A stretch of 64,000 nt of DNA from an uncultured Gammaproteobacteria bacterium. Its GTDB lineage: Bacteria > Patescibacteriota > Microgenomatia > CAZETR01 > Amesbacteraceae. The notes under the pieces are model-generated. The model was not told where the DNA came from and did not search any database. It saw only the letters and a program-made list of their open reading frames with translations. This document shows positions 37,130 to 47,843 of this stretch, piece by piece. Location of the stretch: NCBI GenBank assembly GCA_964518565.1, contig CAZFGX010000001.1, positions 139,046-203,045 on the forward strand. Direction: 5' to 3'. Position 1 is the stretch's first letter, and each line of letters opens with the position of its first letter. The translations under genes and the position numbers were made by a program.

Positions 37130-39880
37130 ATGTTAAAAATATTTTCCAAAATCCTCGACACCAACCAAAAAGAAATCGATCAACTGCGTCAAAAAGTTGA
37201 CCTAGTAAATAGCCATGCTTCAGCTATATCAAAACTGAAATCAAACAAAGATTTTGCTGCCAAAACTGCTGAGTTCAAAACCCGCTTAGCAAATGGAGAA
37301 ACAGTCGACGAGCTAATGCCCGAAGCTTTCGCCTTGGTCCGAGAGGCCTCGTATAGAGCTATCGGCCTTCGGCCATATGATGTGCAAATAATGGCGGCGG
37401 TTGCCTTTCATCAGGGAAAAGTCTCTGAACAAAAAACTGGTGAAGGGAAAACTCTCTCAGCCATCCCCGCCCTATATCTGAATGCTTTAAGTGGTCAAGG
37501 AGTCCATTTAGTTACAGCCAATGATTATTTAGCCAGGCGTGATGCTGGTTGGAACAGTCCCACTTTTGCTCTTCTTGGGTTAACAGTTGGCGTTATCGTT
37601 CATGACAAGTCGTATATTTACGACGCTCAATATTTCGACCCAAGCCATGGAGACGACCGACTTGCCCATTTAAAACCCGTTTCAAGAAAAGAAGCTTATG
37701 CAGCAGATATTACCTACGGCACAAACAATGAGTTTGGTTTTGACTACCTCCGAGACAATATGGTCCAACAATCCATCGACATGGTTCAGCGTGGGCATCA
37801 TTTTGCTATCGTCGACGAAGTCGACTCTATTCTTATCGACGAAGCCCGCACGCCACTCATTATCTCTGCTCCAGACACAGAACCTACACAAAAATATTAT
37901 GAATTCGCAAAAATAGTTAGCCGTTTGGATGCTGCAACTGACTATATTGTTGATGAAAAGCATCGCAGTGCTACACTCACAGAAGATGGTCTGAAAAAAA
38001 TCGAAAAAATGTTAGGTGTAGAAAATCTTTATGAAAAAGATTTTGACACTATTCATCATGTAGAAAACGCTCTCAAAGCCAGATCGTTATTTTTAATCGA
38101 TAAAGATTACATTGTTCGAGAAAACCAAGTAGTCATTGTCGATGAATTTACCGGTCGACTTATGCCAGGACGACGTTGGTCTGAGGGTTTACATCAGGCT
38201 GTCGAAGCAAAAGAAAATGTTGCCATTCAACAAGAATCAAAGACTTTGGCTACAATTTCATTCCAAAACTATTTCCGCATGTACCAAAAATTAGCCGGTA
38301 TGACTGGCACCGCCGCCACAGAAGCTGAGGAATTACGAAAAATTTACAAACTAGATGTGGTTGTAATTCCTACCAACAAGCCCAATCAACGCAAAGACCA
38401 TGCCGATATTATTTACAAAAATACCAAAGCAAAATATACAGCTCTAGCTGAAGAAATTGCTCAGTATCACAAAAAAGGCCAACCGGTTTTAGTAGGTACC
38501 ACGTCAATTGAAAAAAATGAAATTGTCTCTGAATATTTAAAGAAAAAAGGTGTCCCACATCAAGTGCTCAACGCTAAAAATCACGAAAAAGAAGCAGAAA
38601 TTATTGCCGAAGCCGGTCGATTGGGAGCCGTCACGATCGCTACCAATATTGCTGGCCGCGGGGTAGACATTATTTTGGGTGGTAGTACACCTGCCAATCC
38701 CAAATTTGTTCTAGGCGACTCAAAGCTTTCCGACTCAGAGTACGAAAAACTCATGACCAAATGGCAAAAAGATCATGAAGCAGTTCTGGCAGCGGGAGGA
38801 CTTCATGTGATTGGTACTGAGCGTCACGAATCTCGACGAATCGACAATCAATTGCGTGGACGATCGGGTCGTCAAGGAGATCCAGGATCAACCAGATTTT
38901 ATCTTTCACTAGATGACGACATTATGCGAATTTTTGGCGGAGATCAGGTCGCCAAAATTATGAGCTTCTTAAAAATCCCTGAAAACGAGCCAATAGAACA
39001 TTCTATGGTAAGCAAGGCCATTGAACAGGCTCAAGTGAAAGTCGAAGGGTTCAATTTTGATGCTCGAAAAAACGTTGTCGAATATGACGATGTTATGAAC
39101 AAGCAGCGCGAAATTGTCTACGGGCTACGCAAGCGAGTTCTGATGGGCGAGTTAACTCAAGAAGAAGTAGTCCAAAAGCTGAAATCAATCGTCAAAAACA
39201 ACATTACCATGTTCGTACCTCGTGGCATAATTGAATCTGAAGCTCAACAAATAGCCACTTCAATTGCCGAAATCGTTCCACTAGACGACCAGTCACAAAA
39301 AAATCTTATAGACCAGTTCCATACATCTGGTACTAGTCAAGAAGCCATTGCCTTGGGTGAGCAAATAATCGATCAGGCGGTGACGGGTCGTCTATCACAG
39401 CTTGGTCCAGATGTCTGGAAAGATGTTGTCCGATTTGCCTATTTAAGTTCTATCGACAATTTATGGATCGACCACTTAGACGCCATAGACGATCTACGAG
39501 CTGGTATTGGCTTGCGAGGATACGGCCAAAGAGATCCCTTAGTGGAATACAAAGCAGAAGCCTATGCAATGTTTGAACGTTTAATTATTCAAATCGAATC
39601 AGAATTCTCAAAGCGCCTATTCCGTATTCAAGTAGGTATACCAAACACTATGCCTGCCCCACTTCAGACAATTGAAGTACATCCTGAAGCAGTATTACCC
39701 TCTATAGAAAAGTCCACTTCTTCTCCCACTGTTCCCAAAACAGCTCCAAATGACTTCATGTCCGCTTTTGCTGGACTGCAAAAAACCAGCACCGAAAACC
39801 CTCACAAAAAAGTCGGTCGAAACGATCCTTGCTGGTGTGGATCTGGTAAAAAATACAAAACCTGCCACTACCCCAACTAA
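37130..39880 (+). CDS. secA: Preprotein translocase ATPase SecA
   Basis: DEAD motor, PPXD, C-terminal zinc-binding CWCGSGKKYKTCH. Confidence 0.95.
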   Translation: MLKIFSKILDTNQKEIDQLRQKVDLVNSHASAISKLKSNKDFAAKTAEFKTRLANGETVDELMPEAFALVREASYRAIGLRPYDVQIMAAVAFHQGKVSEQKTGEGKTLSAIPALYLNALSGQGVHLVTANDYLARRDAGWNSPTFALLGLTVGVIVHDKSYIYDAQYFDPSHGDDRLAHLKPVSRKEAYAADITYGTNNEFGFDYLRDNMVQQSIDMVQRGHHFAIVDEVDSILIDEARTPLIISAPDTEPTQKYYEFAKIVSRLDAATDYIVDEKHRSATLTEDGLKKIEKMLGVENLYEKDFDTIHHVENALKARSLFLIDKDYIVRENQVVIVDEFTGRLMPGRRWSEGLHQAVEAKENVAIQQESKTLATISFQNYFRMYQKLAGMTGTAATEAEELRKIYKLDVVVIPTNKPNQRKDHADIIYKNTKAKYTALAEEIAQYHKKGQPVLVGTTSIEKNEIVSEYLKKKGVPHQVLNAKNHEKEAEIIAEAGRLGAVTIATNIAGRGVDIILGGSTPANPKFVLGDSKLSDSEYEKLMTKWQKDHEAVLAAGGLHVIGTERHESRRIDNQLRGRSGRQGDPGSTRFYLSLDDDIMRIFGGDQVAKIMSFLKIPENEPIEHSMVSKAIEQAQVKVEGFNFDARKNVVEYDDVMNKQREIVYGLRKRVLMGELTQEEVVQKLKSIVKNNITMFVPRGIIESEAQQIATSIAEIVPLDDQSQKNLIDQFHTSGTSQEAIALGEQIIDQAVTGRLSQLGPDVWKDVVRFAYLSSIDNLWIDHLDAIDDLRAGIGLRGYGQRDPLVEYKAEAYAMFERLIIQIESEFSKRLFRIQVGIPNTMPAPLQTIEVHPEAVLPSIEKSTSSPTVPKTAPNDFMSAFAGLQKTSTENPHKKVGRNDPCWCGSGKKYKTCHYPN

Positions 39881-39893
39881 TACTAACAAATTC

Positions 39894-40508
39894 TTAGGCT
39901 TTTTTATTTTTATACAAATACATATAGGGGACAACGCTCAAGCTATTTAGCACGGCAGAAAAAATAAACACGGATTTATATCCCATCGCGGAAATTAACA
40001 TCCCACTAATTGCTGAAGCGATGGATAGTGTAGTCAAAATAATAATATCCAGCATTCCCCATTCGATAACTTCTTTCTGTTTATCCAAATGCGTAGAAAA
40101 CAGAGTCGATCGTAGTGGTGTGATCAGTCCAGTAAAAAAACCCGCGATACCATAAAAAATATAAATAGATCCGATTGTCGCCACTGTCACAAAGCCTAAA
40201 TAGGAAATATTCATAAACAAAATGACACAAATGATCAGCAATAATTTATGTTGAACAGTCAATCGCGGTAAAAATACTCCGCATCCTACACTACCTAAAA
40301 CCCGCAATAAGAGGTAAACACTGTAAGCAAAGGTAATAGATTGCACTGTAGCATTAGATACTTCAGTCAGAGCAAACACACTAATTAGTGGCATCAAGAT
40401 AGACCACGCAGACCAAAAAAACGCTTCTGAAACAATAAACGCCTTCGCTACGGGGTTAAAATTCAGATTTTTTACACCTCCAAACAATGAGACCGGGCCA
40501 TGTAGCAT
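39894..40508 (-). CDS. Hypothetical 6-TM membrane protein (half-MFS-like)
   Basis: 204 aa with six hydrophobic helices. Confidence 0.4.
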   Translation of the reverse strand: MLHGPVSLFGGVKNLNFNPVAKAFIVSEAFFWSAWSILMPLISVFALTEVSNATVQSITFAYSVYLLLRVLGSVGCGVFLPRLTVQHKLLLIICVILFMNISYLGFVTVATIGSIYIFYGIAGFFTGLITPLRSTLFSTHLDKQKEVIEWGMLDIIILTTLSIASAISGMLISAMGYKSVFIFSAVLNSLSVVPYMYLYKNKKA

Positions 40509-40562
40509 GTCTGTCTAGTCTATGAATAACGTCAAAGATTTGCAATATATCTTATAATTCGC

Positions 40563-41258
40563 TTGGCTAATCTACAATTGCGTAGCAATGCCGACGTACA
40601 TTCAAAAATTGCAAAAAAAAGGAATATTCATATGAGTCACATGTATATATGGGGTCCAAACCAGTTAGAAGATGCAATATATCAAATCGAAAAGCTTCAG
40701 AAAAATATCCAGTTAGCGATCCGAAGTACTAGTCAATACACCCAAACACGTTTCGAGTTTGCCGAACAATTTTTACGAATAGCTAGTCTAGTGGCTCGCT
40801 ACAAAGTGCAACACCCTGTGCAAAAATTTATTCCGCAGATGTATCAGTTAATTGCGCCTAGCATGCACCAAATGCACGCAGAAGTCTATTTGGACGGATC
40901 AATACTGGATACAATCCAACTTCCAACTCAGGTAGATTTTCTAAAGGGCGATGCTCGAGGTATAGTGACTGAATGTCTGCCAGTAGCCCAGTTGCCCGCA
41001 GTGTGGAGCGATAGATGTGTGTCACTAATTACAGCAAATCTGCAGACATTTAAAACTGCTTTTTCACTGGTTAGTTCAGCGAGTACTGTCTCATATCAAG
41101 GGATTTCGTCTGGCGCATTTCAAATCAGCTCGATGTGTGAAATTTCCTGGCTGATTATCAAAAATCAATTCGGAACAGTACCTCTGCACAAACGAGCCGA
41201 AATTATGGAATTAATTTCGAGGTCCTTGTATCAAGAATATGGTATTTATGTCGAATAA
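40563..41258 (+). CDS. Hypothetical protein
   Basis: 231-aa ORF (possible start at internal MSHMY), no recognised domain; followed by terminator. Confidence 0.4.
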   Translation: MANLQLRSNADVHSKIAKKRNIHMSHMYIWGPNQLEDAIYQIEKLQKNIQLAIRSTSQYTQTRFEFAEQFLRIASLVARYKVQHPVQKFIPQMYQLIAPSMHQMHAEVYLDGSILDTIQLPTQVDFLKGDARGIVTECLPVAQLPAVWSDRCVSLITANLQTFKTAFSLVSSASTVSYQGISSGAFQISSMCEISWLIIKNQFGTVPLHKRAEIMELISRSLYQEYGIYVE

Positions 41259-41277
41259 ATTTTTGCAATAATCCCAA

Positions 41278-41308
41278 AGCGTAGAGATACTCTCTACGCT
41301 TTTTTTAT
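41278..41308 (+). terminator. Rho-independent terminator
   Basis: GCGTAGAG-atac-TCTCTACGC stem followed by TTTTTTTAT. Confidence 0.65.
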
Positions 41309-41331
41309 GCGACTGTGTTAAGGTAAATACG

Positions 41332-42684
41332 ATGCGTATTACTTTTTTAGGAGCCGCAGGGACAGTTACTGGTTCCAGCTATCTGCTTACTGCCAATTCT
41401 GGTGAACATATTTTAGTAGATCTCGGGATGTTTCAAGGTCCACCTGAAATTGAGAAGCTCAATTTCTCAAATTTACCCGCAGAAATAGCTCAACTCTCAG
41501 GCGTTGTACTTACGCATGCACATTTGGATCATTGTGGCCGTTTGCCAATGTTGGCCCGCCATCATTTCCAAGGTCCTATTTGGATGACTAGACCAACAGC
41601 CGATTTAGTAGAACTTTCCTTATTCGACAGCGCCAAAATTGCCCAGGAAGACTTTGGTGAACATGCGTTGTATACCCACGAAGATGTCAAAAAAATTCTC
41701 CAACACTGCAAAACTACTTCATATCATACTACGTTCACTGTTGGACCGTTTAGTGTTCGATTGTTCGACGCGGGACATATCCTCGGCTCCGCCAGTGCAG
41801 AAATAATCGATTTGTCAGCTCAAAATCAAAAGAAATACATTTTTAGTGGAGATCTGGGTAATACGCCAGAAGAATTAGTACAACCAACTGAGTCAATAAC
41901 ACAGGGAAATGTAGTAATAATGGAATCTACATACGGAGACCGTATTCATCCACACGAAACACCATCAGAAAAAATTATTTCTGAAGTTCGATTAATTGAA
42001 CAGCAAAGTTCTACATTATTAATCCCTGCCTTTTCTTTGGAACGTGCTCAAGAATTGCTGCACATCATCGCCCACGCCAAACAAAACCATCAGATAAAGA
42101 TAGACACTCCGATATTTCTCGATAGTCCAATGGCTGAAAAAGCCACAGAAATTTATTCTAAATACCCATCGATGTTTAACCTTGAAGTTCAGGCAGATTT
42201 TCGTCGTGCAAACCCATTTGATTTTCCTGGATTATTTGTAACTCAAAAACCTCAAGATGGGGTGCTCATTGCCAAAACCCCTGGCGCAAAAGTGATTATT
42301 GCCGGCAGTGGCATGATGACTGGTGGCAGGATTATCAACCATGCTGCCTCATATCTACCTCATGAACAAAATCGTATTCTTTTTGTCGGTTATCAAGGGG
42401 AACAGACCCTTGGGAGAGCCATTTTAGATGGTGAAAAAAATGTCACGATTCGTAACACTAAAATTCAAATCCGTGCCTCCGTATCCCAGACCCAAGCTAT
42501 GAGTTCACATGCAGATCAACCACGACTACTAAATTGGTTAAATACCATACACACCCCCACAGATCTCATACTTACCCACGGTGAAGATTTGGTCAGAGAT
42601 GCTCTGGCAGAAAAAATTAAATCTACGTCGTCTTCAATCAGAATTCACACCCCCCATCTCCACGACCAATTGACTCTAGATTAA
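41332..42684 (+). CDS. MBL-fold beta-CASP family ribonuclease (CPSF/RNase J-like)
   Basis: HAHLDHCG (HxHxDH) motif, beta-CASP and C-terminal RMMBL-like region, 450 aa. Confidence 0.75.
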   Translation: MRITFLGAAGTVTGSSYLLTANSGEHILVDLGMFQGPPEIEKLNFSNLPAEIAQLSGVVLTHAHLDHCGRLPMLARHHFQGPIWMTRPTADLVELSLFDSAKIAQEDFGEHALYTHEDVKKILQHCKTTSYHTTFTVGPFSVRLFDAGHILGSASAEIIDLSAQNQKKYIFSGDLGNTPEELVQPTESITQGNVVIMESTYGDRIHPHETPSEKIISEVRLIEQQSSTLLIPAFSLERAQELLHIIAHAKQNHQIKIDTPIFLDSPMAEKATEIYSKYPSMFNLEVQADFRRANPFDFPGLFVTQKPQDGVLIAKTPGAKVIIAGSGMMTGGRIINHAASYLPHEQNRILFVGYQGEQTLGRAILDGEKNVTIRNTKIQIRASVSQTQAMSSHADQPRLLNWLNTIHTPTDLILTHGEDLVRDALAEKIKSTSSSIRIHTPHLHDQLTLD

Positions 42685-43481
42685 TGTGATTGTTTTGCTA
42701 CAAAGTAGCCCACACTGACCCAATAGCAAAAAATCATAAACGACACCTTGAGCCCTTGTAACCCTAGTCGATAGCCTCCACTGGTAAATGCCATCAATCC
42801 TTGATAGACACCCAGCGGTAAACTTAAAAACACAGGATGATTCTTAATTGAATAATATCTTGGCAAAACAATAGAACCGTTTTTTGGAAAATGTGAATAA
42901 TTTTTGGGATCTCGAGCTATCCAGTTGGCATGAATCGTGACCCATTTTTTCCATTTAGTTCGAAATATTTTCCAGGAAAAATTATCATAATTTGGTTTAT
43001 GCTCGAGTATATAGTGTGTAGTAATAATTTTCCCTGAATTTGGCAGTACTTCACAATGTGGAAGACCTAAAAAACTCACACGATCTTTGCGAAACAAAGC
43101 CTTTTTGTGCGGCCAGCCATGAGTGATATAACGTTCACCGTTCCATGTTGGCCAAACCAGTTCATAAATAGCTACATCTTTGGCTTTGGTAAGAAGTGGG
43201 AGTGCAGCAGCCAAACCCGCAGATAAAGATTCATCTGCATCCAGCTGAAGTATCCAAGGTCCTTTTGCTTTCTCGTACAACCACGGACGATGAGGCTCTG
43301 CATTGCCTTGGTAAGGTCGTTCAAATGTCTTTGCCCCATACCCGTGGCAAATTTCCAAAGTTTTGTCGGTGCAAGGTCCGTCGTGAACGACCAAAATTTC
43401 ATCGACCAGTCCTTTTATACTCTCCAAAGCTGTCCGAATAACTTTTTCTTCGTTGTAAACCACGAAAACAGCACTAATCAT
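42681..43481 (-). CDS. Family 2 glycosyltransferase
   Basis: SAVFVVYNEE ... LQLDADE (DxD) GT-A fold pattern. Confidence 0.75.
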   Translation of the reverse strand: MISAVFVVYNEEKVIRTALESIKGLVDEILVVHDGPCTDKTLEICHGYGAKTFERPYQGNAEPHRPWLYEKAKGPWILQLDADESLSAGLAAALPLLTKAKDVAIYELVWPTWNGERYITHGWPHKKALFRKDRVSFLGLPHCEVLPNSGKIITTHYILEHKPNYDNFSWKIFRTKWKKWVTIHANWIARDPKNYSHFPKNGSIVLPRYYSIKNHPVFLSLPLGVYQGLMAFTSGGYRLGLQGLKVSFMIFCYWVSVGYFVAKQSH

Positions 43482-43526
43482 GACTAAATTATAACATATT
43501 ATAGGATATAAAACCTATATAAACCC

Positions 43527-43805
43527 TTGGTTAAAGGTGGTATAGTAACAAGTATGCAATTTGCTCAAATTTTCTTTTACTTATCAGTCGGTGTGGGAGT
43601 TTGGATAATAGTCATTGGTCTTACGATCTTGATCATTGAAGTGATTTCGACTGTTAGATTATTCAGAAAAACAGTCACAGATGTAAGAAGTGGAATTGCA
43701 GATCTGGAAAATCTAAAAAATAGTCTAAAGTTAGGGATTTTTGCGCTCGTTGGGAATCTTATTGGAAAATCAAACCAGAAAGGGGGTGGAAAAAATGCCA
43801 AATAA
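43527..43805 (+). CDS. Small membrane protein, DUF948-like
   Basis: 92 aa, N-terminal TM then helical region; adjacent to YtxH-like gene as in Firmicutes. Confidence 0.4.
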   Translation: MVKGGIVTSMQFAQIFFYLSVGVGVWIIVIGLTILIIEVISTVRLFRKTVTDVRSGIADLENLKNSLKLGIFALVGNLIGKSNQKGGGKNAK

Positions 43806-44055
43806 AAAATCAGAACCAAGTATGCTCGGAAAAGTGGCCACGATTGCTGGTGTAGCTGTGGCTGGTGTCGCTGCCGGAGCCGCGGCAGTTGCTATGTCAG
43901 ATCCAAAAACACGAAAAGCTGTGGTTAAAAAAGTAAATGAATTCAAAGACATGGCTCAAGACAAGGCTGAAGATGTTATGGATCAAGCAGCTGAATTATC
44001 TGAAGATGTCAAAGGGAAAATCAAGGACTTTACTGACAAAATTTCAGAAAAATAA
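43795..44055 (+). CDS. YtxH-like (general stress) small protein
   Basis: MPNKKSEPSMLGKVATIAGVAVAGVAAGAAAVAMSDPKTRK... then charged helical tail; RBS AAGGGGGTGG. Confidence 0.5.
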   Translation: MPNKKSEPSMLGKVATIAGVAVAGVAAGAAAVAMSDPKTRKAVVKKVNEFKDMAQDKAEDVMDQAAELSEDVKGKIKDFTDKISEK

Positions 44056-44056
44056 T

Positions 44057-44803
44057 ATGAAAAAGTATTCCATTTTGCTAATAGCATTGGGATATTTTTT
44101 CTTATTCCCTTCATCAACCAAAGCAGCACCTGCAAACATATGTTTGCGTGTTCCAGTACTTATGTATCATCACATACAACCGATGTCTGTTGCACAAAAG
44201 AAAAAACAAACGTCATTGACAGTAGATGACAAAATCTTTGGTCAACAAATGCGTTGGTTGATGGACAGGGGATACAAAAGTATTGCTGCCCAAGATTTAG
44301 CAAGCGCATTGCTAAACAAAACCTCTTTGCCTACAAAAGCAGTCGTCATTACCTTGGATGATGGTTATGAAGACGCATTTACGTATGCATACCCAATTGC
44401 CCAGCAATTAGGTCTAAAATTAAATCTCATGATCCCTACAGGTTTACTAAATAACCCAGATTATCTTACCTGGGATCAACTAAAATCCATGGTCAACAAT
44501 GGTGTGGCCTTTGCTCATAATCACACATGGTCGCATGCAAGTCTGGCAAAGGCTCCGATGGCGAAGCGCGAATTTGAAATAGATACTGCGTTTCTTCAGT
44601 TAAAAAACAATTTAAATGCAGACACAAAAATATTTGCCTATCCATATGGCTCAAAAAATCTCGCGTCAGAACAATATTTACAAAAAAAGGGGTATATCGC
44701 AGCCTTCTCGACCATACCTGGATCACTTGAATGTACAAATCAAATAATGCAGCTTCCGCGACTGCGTATTGGCAACTTTCCACTTTCCCAGTATGGTATA
44801 TAA
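44057..44803 (+). CDS. Polysaccharide deacetylase (NodB-domain, PgdA/CDA1-like), secreted
   Basis: Signal peptide; NodB motifs ITLDDGY, AHNHTWSH, YPYG. Confidence 0.75.
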   Translation: MKKYSILLIALGYFFLFPSSTKAAPANICLRVPVLMYHHIQPMSVAQKKKQTSLTVDDKIFGQQMRWLMDRGYKSIAAQDLASALLNKTSLPTKAVVITLDDGYEDAFTYAYPIAQQLGLKLNLMIPTGLLNNPDYLTWDQLKSMVNNGVAFAHNHTWSHASLAKAPMAKREFEIDTAFLQLKNNLNADTKIFAYPYGSKNLASEQYLQKKGYIAAFSTIPGSLECTNQIMQLPRLRIGNFPLSQYGI

Positions 44804-44813
44804 ATAATTTACT

Positions 44814-45374
44814 ATGCAACAAGATCCAATGTCTCAACAAGTAAAAGAGTTGGCTGAGTTAAACCAGCTACCTCAAAAATCTTCAAATATTATTGGAACA
44901 ATTTTAGTCTTACTCGTCTTTATTTCAGGTTTGGGAGTGGCTGGATACGCAGGATACGACTGGTATAAAAATCGCTCGACCAAACTATCAGAGGAACCAG
45001 AAACTACCACAACTCCAGCCCCAACATCTCAGCCAATTATCACTTCTGTTCCTAGTCCCATTCCATCACCGAGTCCATTAGTCTCATTTTCAATCTCTTC
45101 ATTAAAAATTGAAATTTTAAATGGCAGCGGAGTAGCTGGTTTAGCCGGTAATGCCAAATTGGTTCTAGAGGAGTCGGGATATAAAAATATTCAAACAGGT
45201 AATGCGCAAAACTATGAATATGAGCAAACCATTATTATGGCCAAAAAAGACAAGCAATCTACAGTGCCTGCACTACAAGACATACTCAAAAAGACCTACT
45301 CAATAGATGAACAAAAAAATATCCTAGACGAATCAAATCCAAATGATATCGTCATTATTATTGGAAAAAAATAA
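44814..45374 (+). CDS. LytR_C-domain (cell-envelope-related attenuator C-terminal domain) membrane protein
   Basis: TM anchor, PT/SP linker, IEILNGSGVAGLAGNAKLVLEESGY pattern. Confidence 0.55.
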   Translation: MQQDPMSQQVKELAELNQLPQKSSNIIGTILVLLVFISGLGVAGYAGYDWYKNRSTKLSEEPETTTTPAPTSQPIITSVPSPIPSPSPLVSFSISSLKIEILNGSGVAGLAGNAKLVLEESGYKNIQTGNAQNYEYEQTIIMAKKDKQSTVPALQDILKKTYSIDEQKNILDESNPNDIVIIIGKK

Positions 45375-45382
45375 ATGAAGCA

Positions 45383-47827
45383 ATGGATTTTCTGCTCTGG
45401 CACTATTCAGTAGGTATCCGCCAGTATGTATCCCGATGGGGATACGCTCTTAAAAGTGTATTACACTTTTTCTCGCTGGGTATTTTATTAAAATCATTGT
45501 TTTCTCCATGGAAGCGCCTAGCTACAGTAAACGACAAGCCAGGCTTCTCATTTGAACGTTGGTTTTCTACATTCACGTTCAATCTCATTTCGCGTTGGAT
45601 CGGTGCTGCTACTAGATTAACCTTATTTGTTTTTGGCACTCTCATACTTTTGCCTATAATAGTTTTCGGTCTTATTGGGTTGGTCTTTTGGTTTATCTGT
45701 CCACTTATTGGTATTCCGTACTATGTCTTAGCTCAAAATAAAAACAATAGTGTATTCATCAAATTAATCGAACAATTAAAACAGGATCCCGCCAAAGGTT
45801 TACAACAATTTTTGTCTTCTACTCCAGGAAAATTTCTTTTACTCCATCTAAACAAATCACTCACTGATATACAAAACATTTCACAACCTCATCCGGTAAA
45901 CAGCCTTTCTACTCCTACACTTTCATTGCTAGTAGATGAGTTTTTAAAAAATGGTACCTGGGACAGGCCTGGTCTGCGCAAAATTAATTTAGAAATTGAT
46001 GATATAAAGCTAACAGCCAAAAGGTGGGATCATCTTCATGAAGGAAATGATGTGGCAAACAAAAATCATCCTAGACCTGGTATTGGTCTTGAATTGCTAT
46101 TTGGGTATACACCAACTCTCAACCAATACGGTACTCAATTGTCGACTATATTACCCTTTGCCCACCACTTAATTGGAAGAGAAGAGTTGGTCAATCGCAT
46201 GAGTCGAATATTAGAGAATAACAAAGGCATAGTTCTTTTTGGGGTGCCCGGAGTTGGAAAAAAAACCGTTGTGCTTGAACTTGCATATCGTGCGATGATG
46301 GGAAATCTAAACCCTTCAATGCTGTATAAGCGAGTCGTGGAATTGGATTACAATGTTTTATTGTCGCAGTCATTTGATCTAAATCAAAAAAAAACACTCC
46401 TTTCCAATATTCTTACTGAAGCTACTCAGGCCGGAAATATTATTTTAGTGATCAAAGACATACACCGTCTAACAAATATACAAGTTGAAGGCATAGACCT
46501 TACCGACGTTTTTGAGGCGGCCTTAGAATCACAAAAGCTTTTACTTATCGCTTTATCATCTCAAATAGAGTACGAGCGTTTTATTGTTCCAAATCAGCGA
46601 TTACGAAAATATCTAGAACCTGTAGAGGTTCCCCAAGTTTCAAAAGACCAAGCACTAGAAATACTTATCGATTTTGCTGCCAGGTGGGAGCACAATCGCG
46701 AAATTACAATTACTACTCCAGCCATTCGTGCCATCATTTCCGGATCAGACAAATATATTTCAGACACACCATTTCCGGAAAAAGCCCTAGAATTATTAGA
46801 CAATGCAGTAGCATACTCCGAAAAGACTTCAGAAAAAACAGTCCTTGCAGACGATGTAAATGCTGTAATTGCCGAAACAACTGGTATCTCTCTTGCCCGG
46901 CTTACGGAAAAAGAAAAAACATTACTGTCAAATTTGGAAGAAATTATGCACCAACGTCTCATTGGTCAAGATTCAGCGGTTACTGCGATAGCCAAGAGCT
47001 TACGCTCGCGTTCGGTAGGTACAAAATCTGAAAATCGTCCTCTAGGGTCATTTTTATTTTTAGGTCCTACTGGTGTCGGAAAAACTGAAGCCGCTAAAAC
47101 ACTTGCCAATGTTTATTATGAAAGCGAAGATGCGATTATTCGGTTTGATATGGCTGAATTTGCTGGCATAGAAGGATTAGAACGACTTATTGGTTCTGTC
47201 TCAAAAAATACACCCGGTGTATTAACTACAGCCATTAAAAATCATCCAGCTAGTTTGTTATTACTAGACGAAATAGAAAAGGCCCCCAAAGAAGTCTACA
47301 ATCTATTTCTCAGCCTACTAGATGAAGGGACGATTACCGATGCGTTTGGAAAAAAAATAAATTGTAAACATGTATTTGTTATTGCTACATCAAATGCTGG
47401 TTCAGAAGTTATTCGTAAAAATGTCGAACTCAAAACTTCTTCCTCAGATCTACAACATTTAGTGCTGGAGTATGTACAACAGCAACAAATTTTCACCCCA
47501 GAATTCTTAAATCGTTTCGATAGTGTTGTCGTCTTTGAGCCTCTCACTCCTACGCAAACAGAAAGAATTTCTAACATTCTTTTAAACTCAGTCGTCAAAA
47601 GTCTCGAGTCTCAAGACATCACTCTGCAAATAACTCCCGAGCTAATCAGTTCAGTTGCTCGAGAAGGTTTTGAGCCACAATTTGGTGCAAGGCCGCTGCG
47701 CCGACTTATTGATCTAGAAATTGGTGATGTGCTTGGTAAGGCAATTTTGACCAAACAAGTTTTACCTGGAGATCGTATCAAAATAGTTCCACTAGGTAAT
47801 AAAAATTATTCAGTTGAAAAACTATAG
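45383..47827 (+). CDS. Clp/Hsp100-family double-AAA+ ATPase (ClpC/ClpB-like) with N-terminal transmembrane region instead of Clp_N
   Basis: aa ~70-115 two hydrophobic helices; D1 with atypical Walker A GVPGVGKKT and Walker B ILVIKDIH (DE replaced by KD); canonical D2 GPTGVGKTE, LLLLDEIEKA, ClpB_D2-small GARPLRRLID. Confidence 0.8.
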   Translation: MDFLLWHYSVGIRQYVSRWGYALKSVLHFFSLGILLKSLFSPWKRLATVNDKPGFSFERWFSTFTFNLISRWIGAATRLTLFVFGTLILLPIIVFGLIGLVFWFICPLIGIPYYVLAQNKNNSVFIKLIEQLKQDPAKGLQQFLSSTPGKFLLLHLNKSLTDIQNISQPHPVNSLSTPTLSLLVDEFLKNGTWDRPGLRKINLEIDDIKLTAKRWDHLHEGNDVANKNHPRPGIGLELLFGYTPTLNQYGTQLSTILPFAHHLIGREELVNRMSRILENNKGIVLFGVPGVGKKTVVLELAYRAMMGNLNPSMLYKRVVELDYNVLLSQSFDLNQKKTLLSNILTEATQAGNIILVIKDIHRLTNIQVEGIDLTDVFEAALESQKLLLIALSSQIEYERFIVPNQRLRKYLEPVEVPQVSKDQALEILIDFAARWEHNREITITTPAIRAIISGSDKYISDTPFPEKALELLDNAVAYSEKTSEKTVLADDVNAVIAETTGISLARLTEKEKTLLSNLEEIMHQRLIGQDSAVTAIAKSLRSRSVGTKSENRPLGSFLFLGPTGVGKTEAAKTLANVYYESEDAIIRFDMAEFAGIEGLERLIGSVSKNTPGVLTTAIKNHPASLLLLDEIEKAPKEVYNLFLSLLDEGTITDAFGKKINCKHVFVIATSNAGSEVIRKNVELKTSSSDLQHLVLEYVQQQQIFTPEFLNRFDSVVVFEPLTPTQTERISNILLNSVVKSLESQDITLQITPELISSVAREGFEPQFGARPLRRLIDLEIGDVLGKAILTKQVLPGDRIKIVPLGNKNYSVEKL

Positions 47828-47843
47828 TATACTAGTCTCGTAT

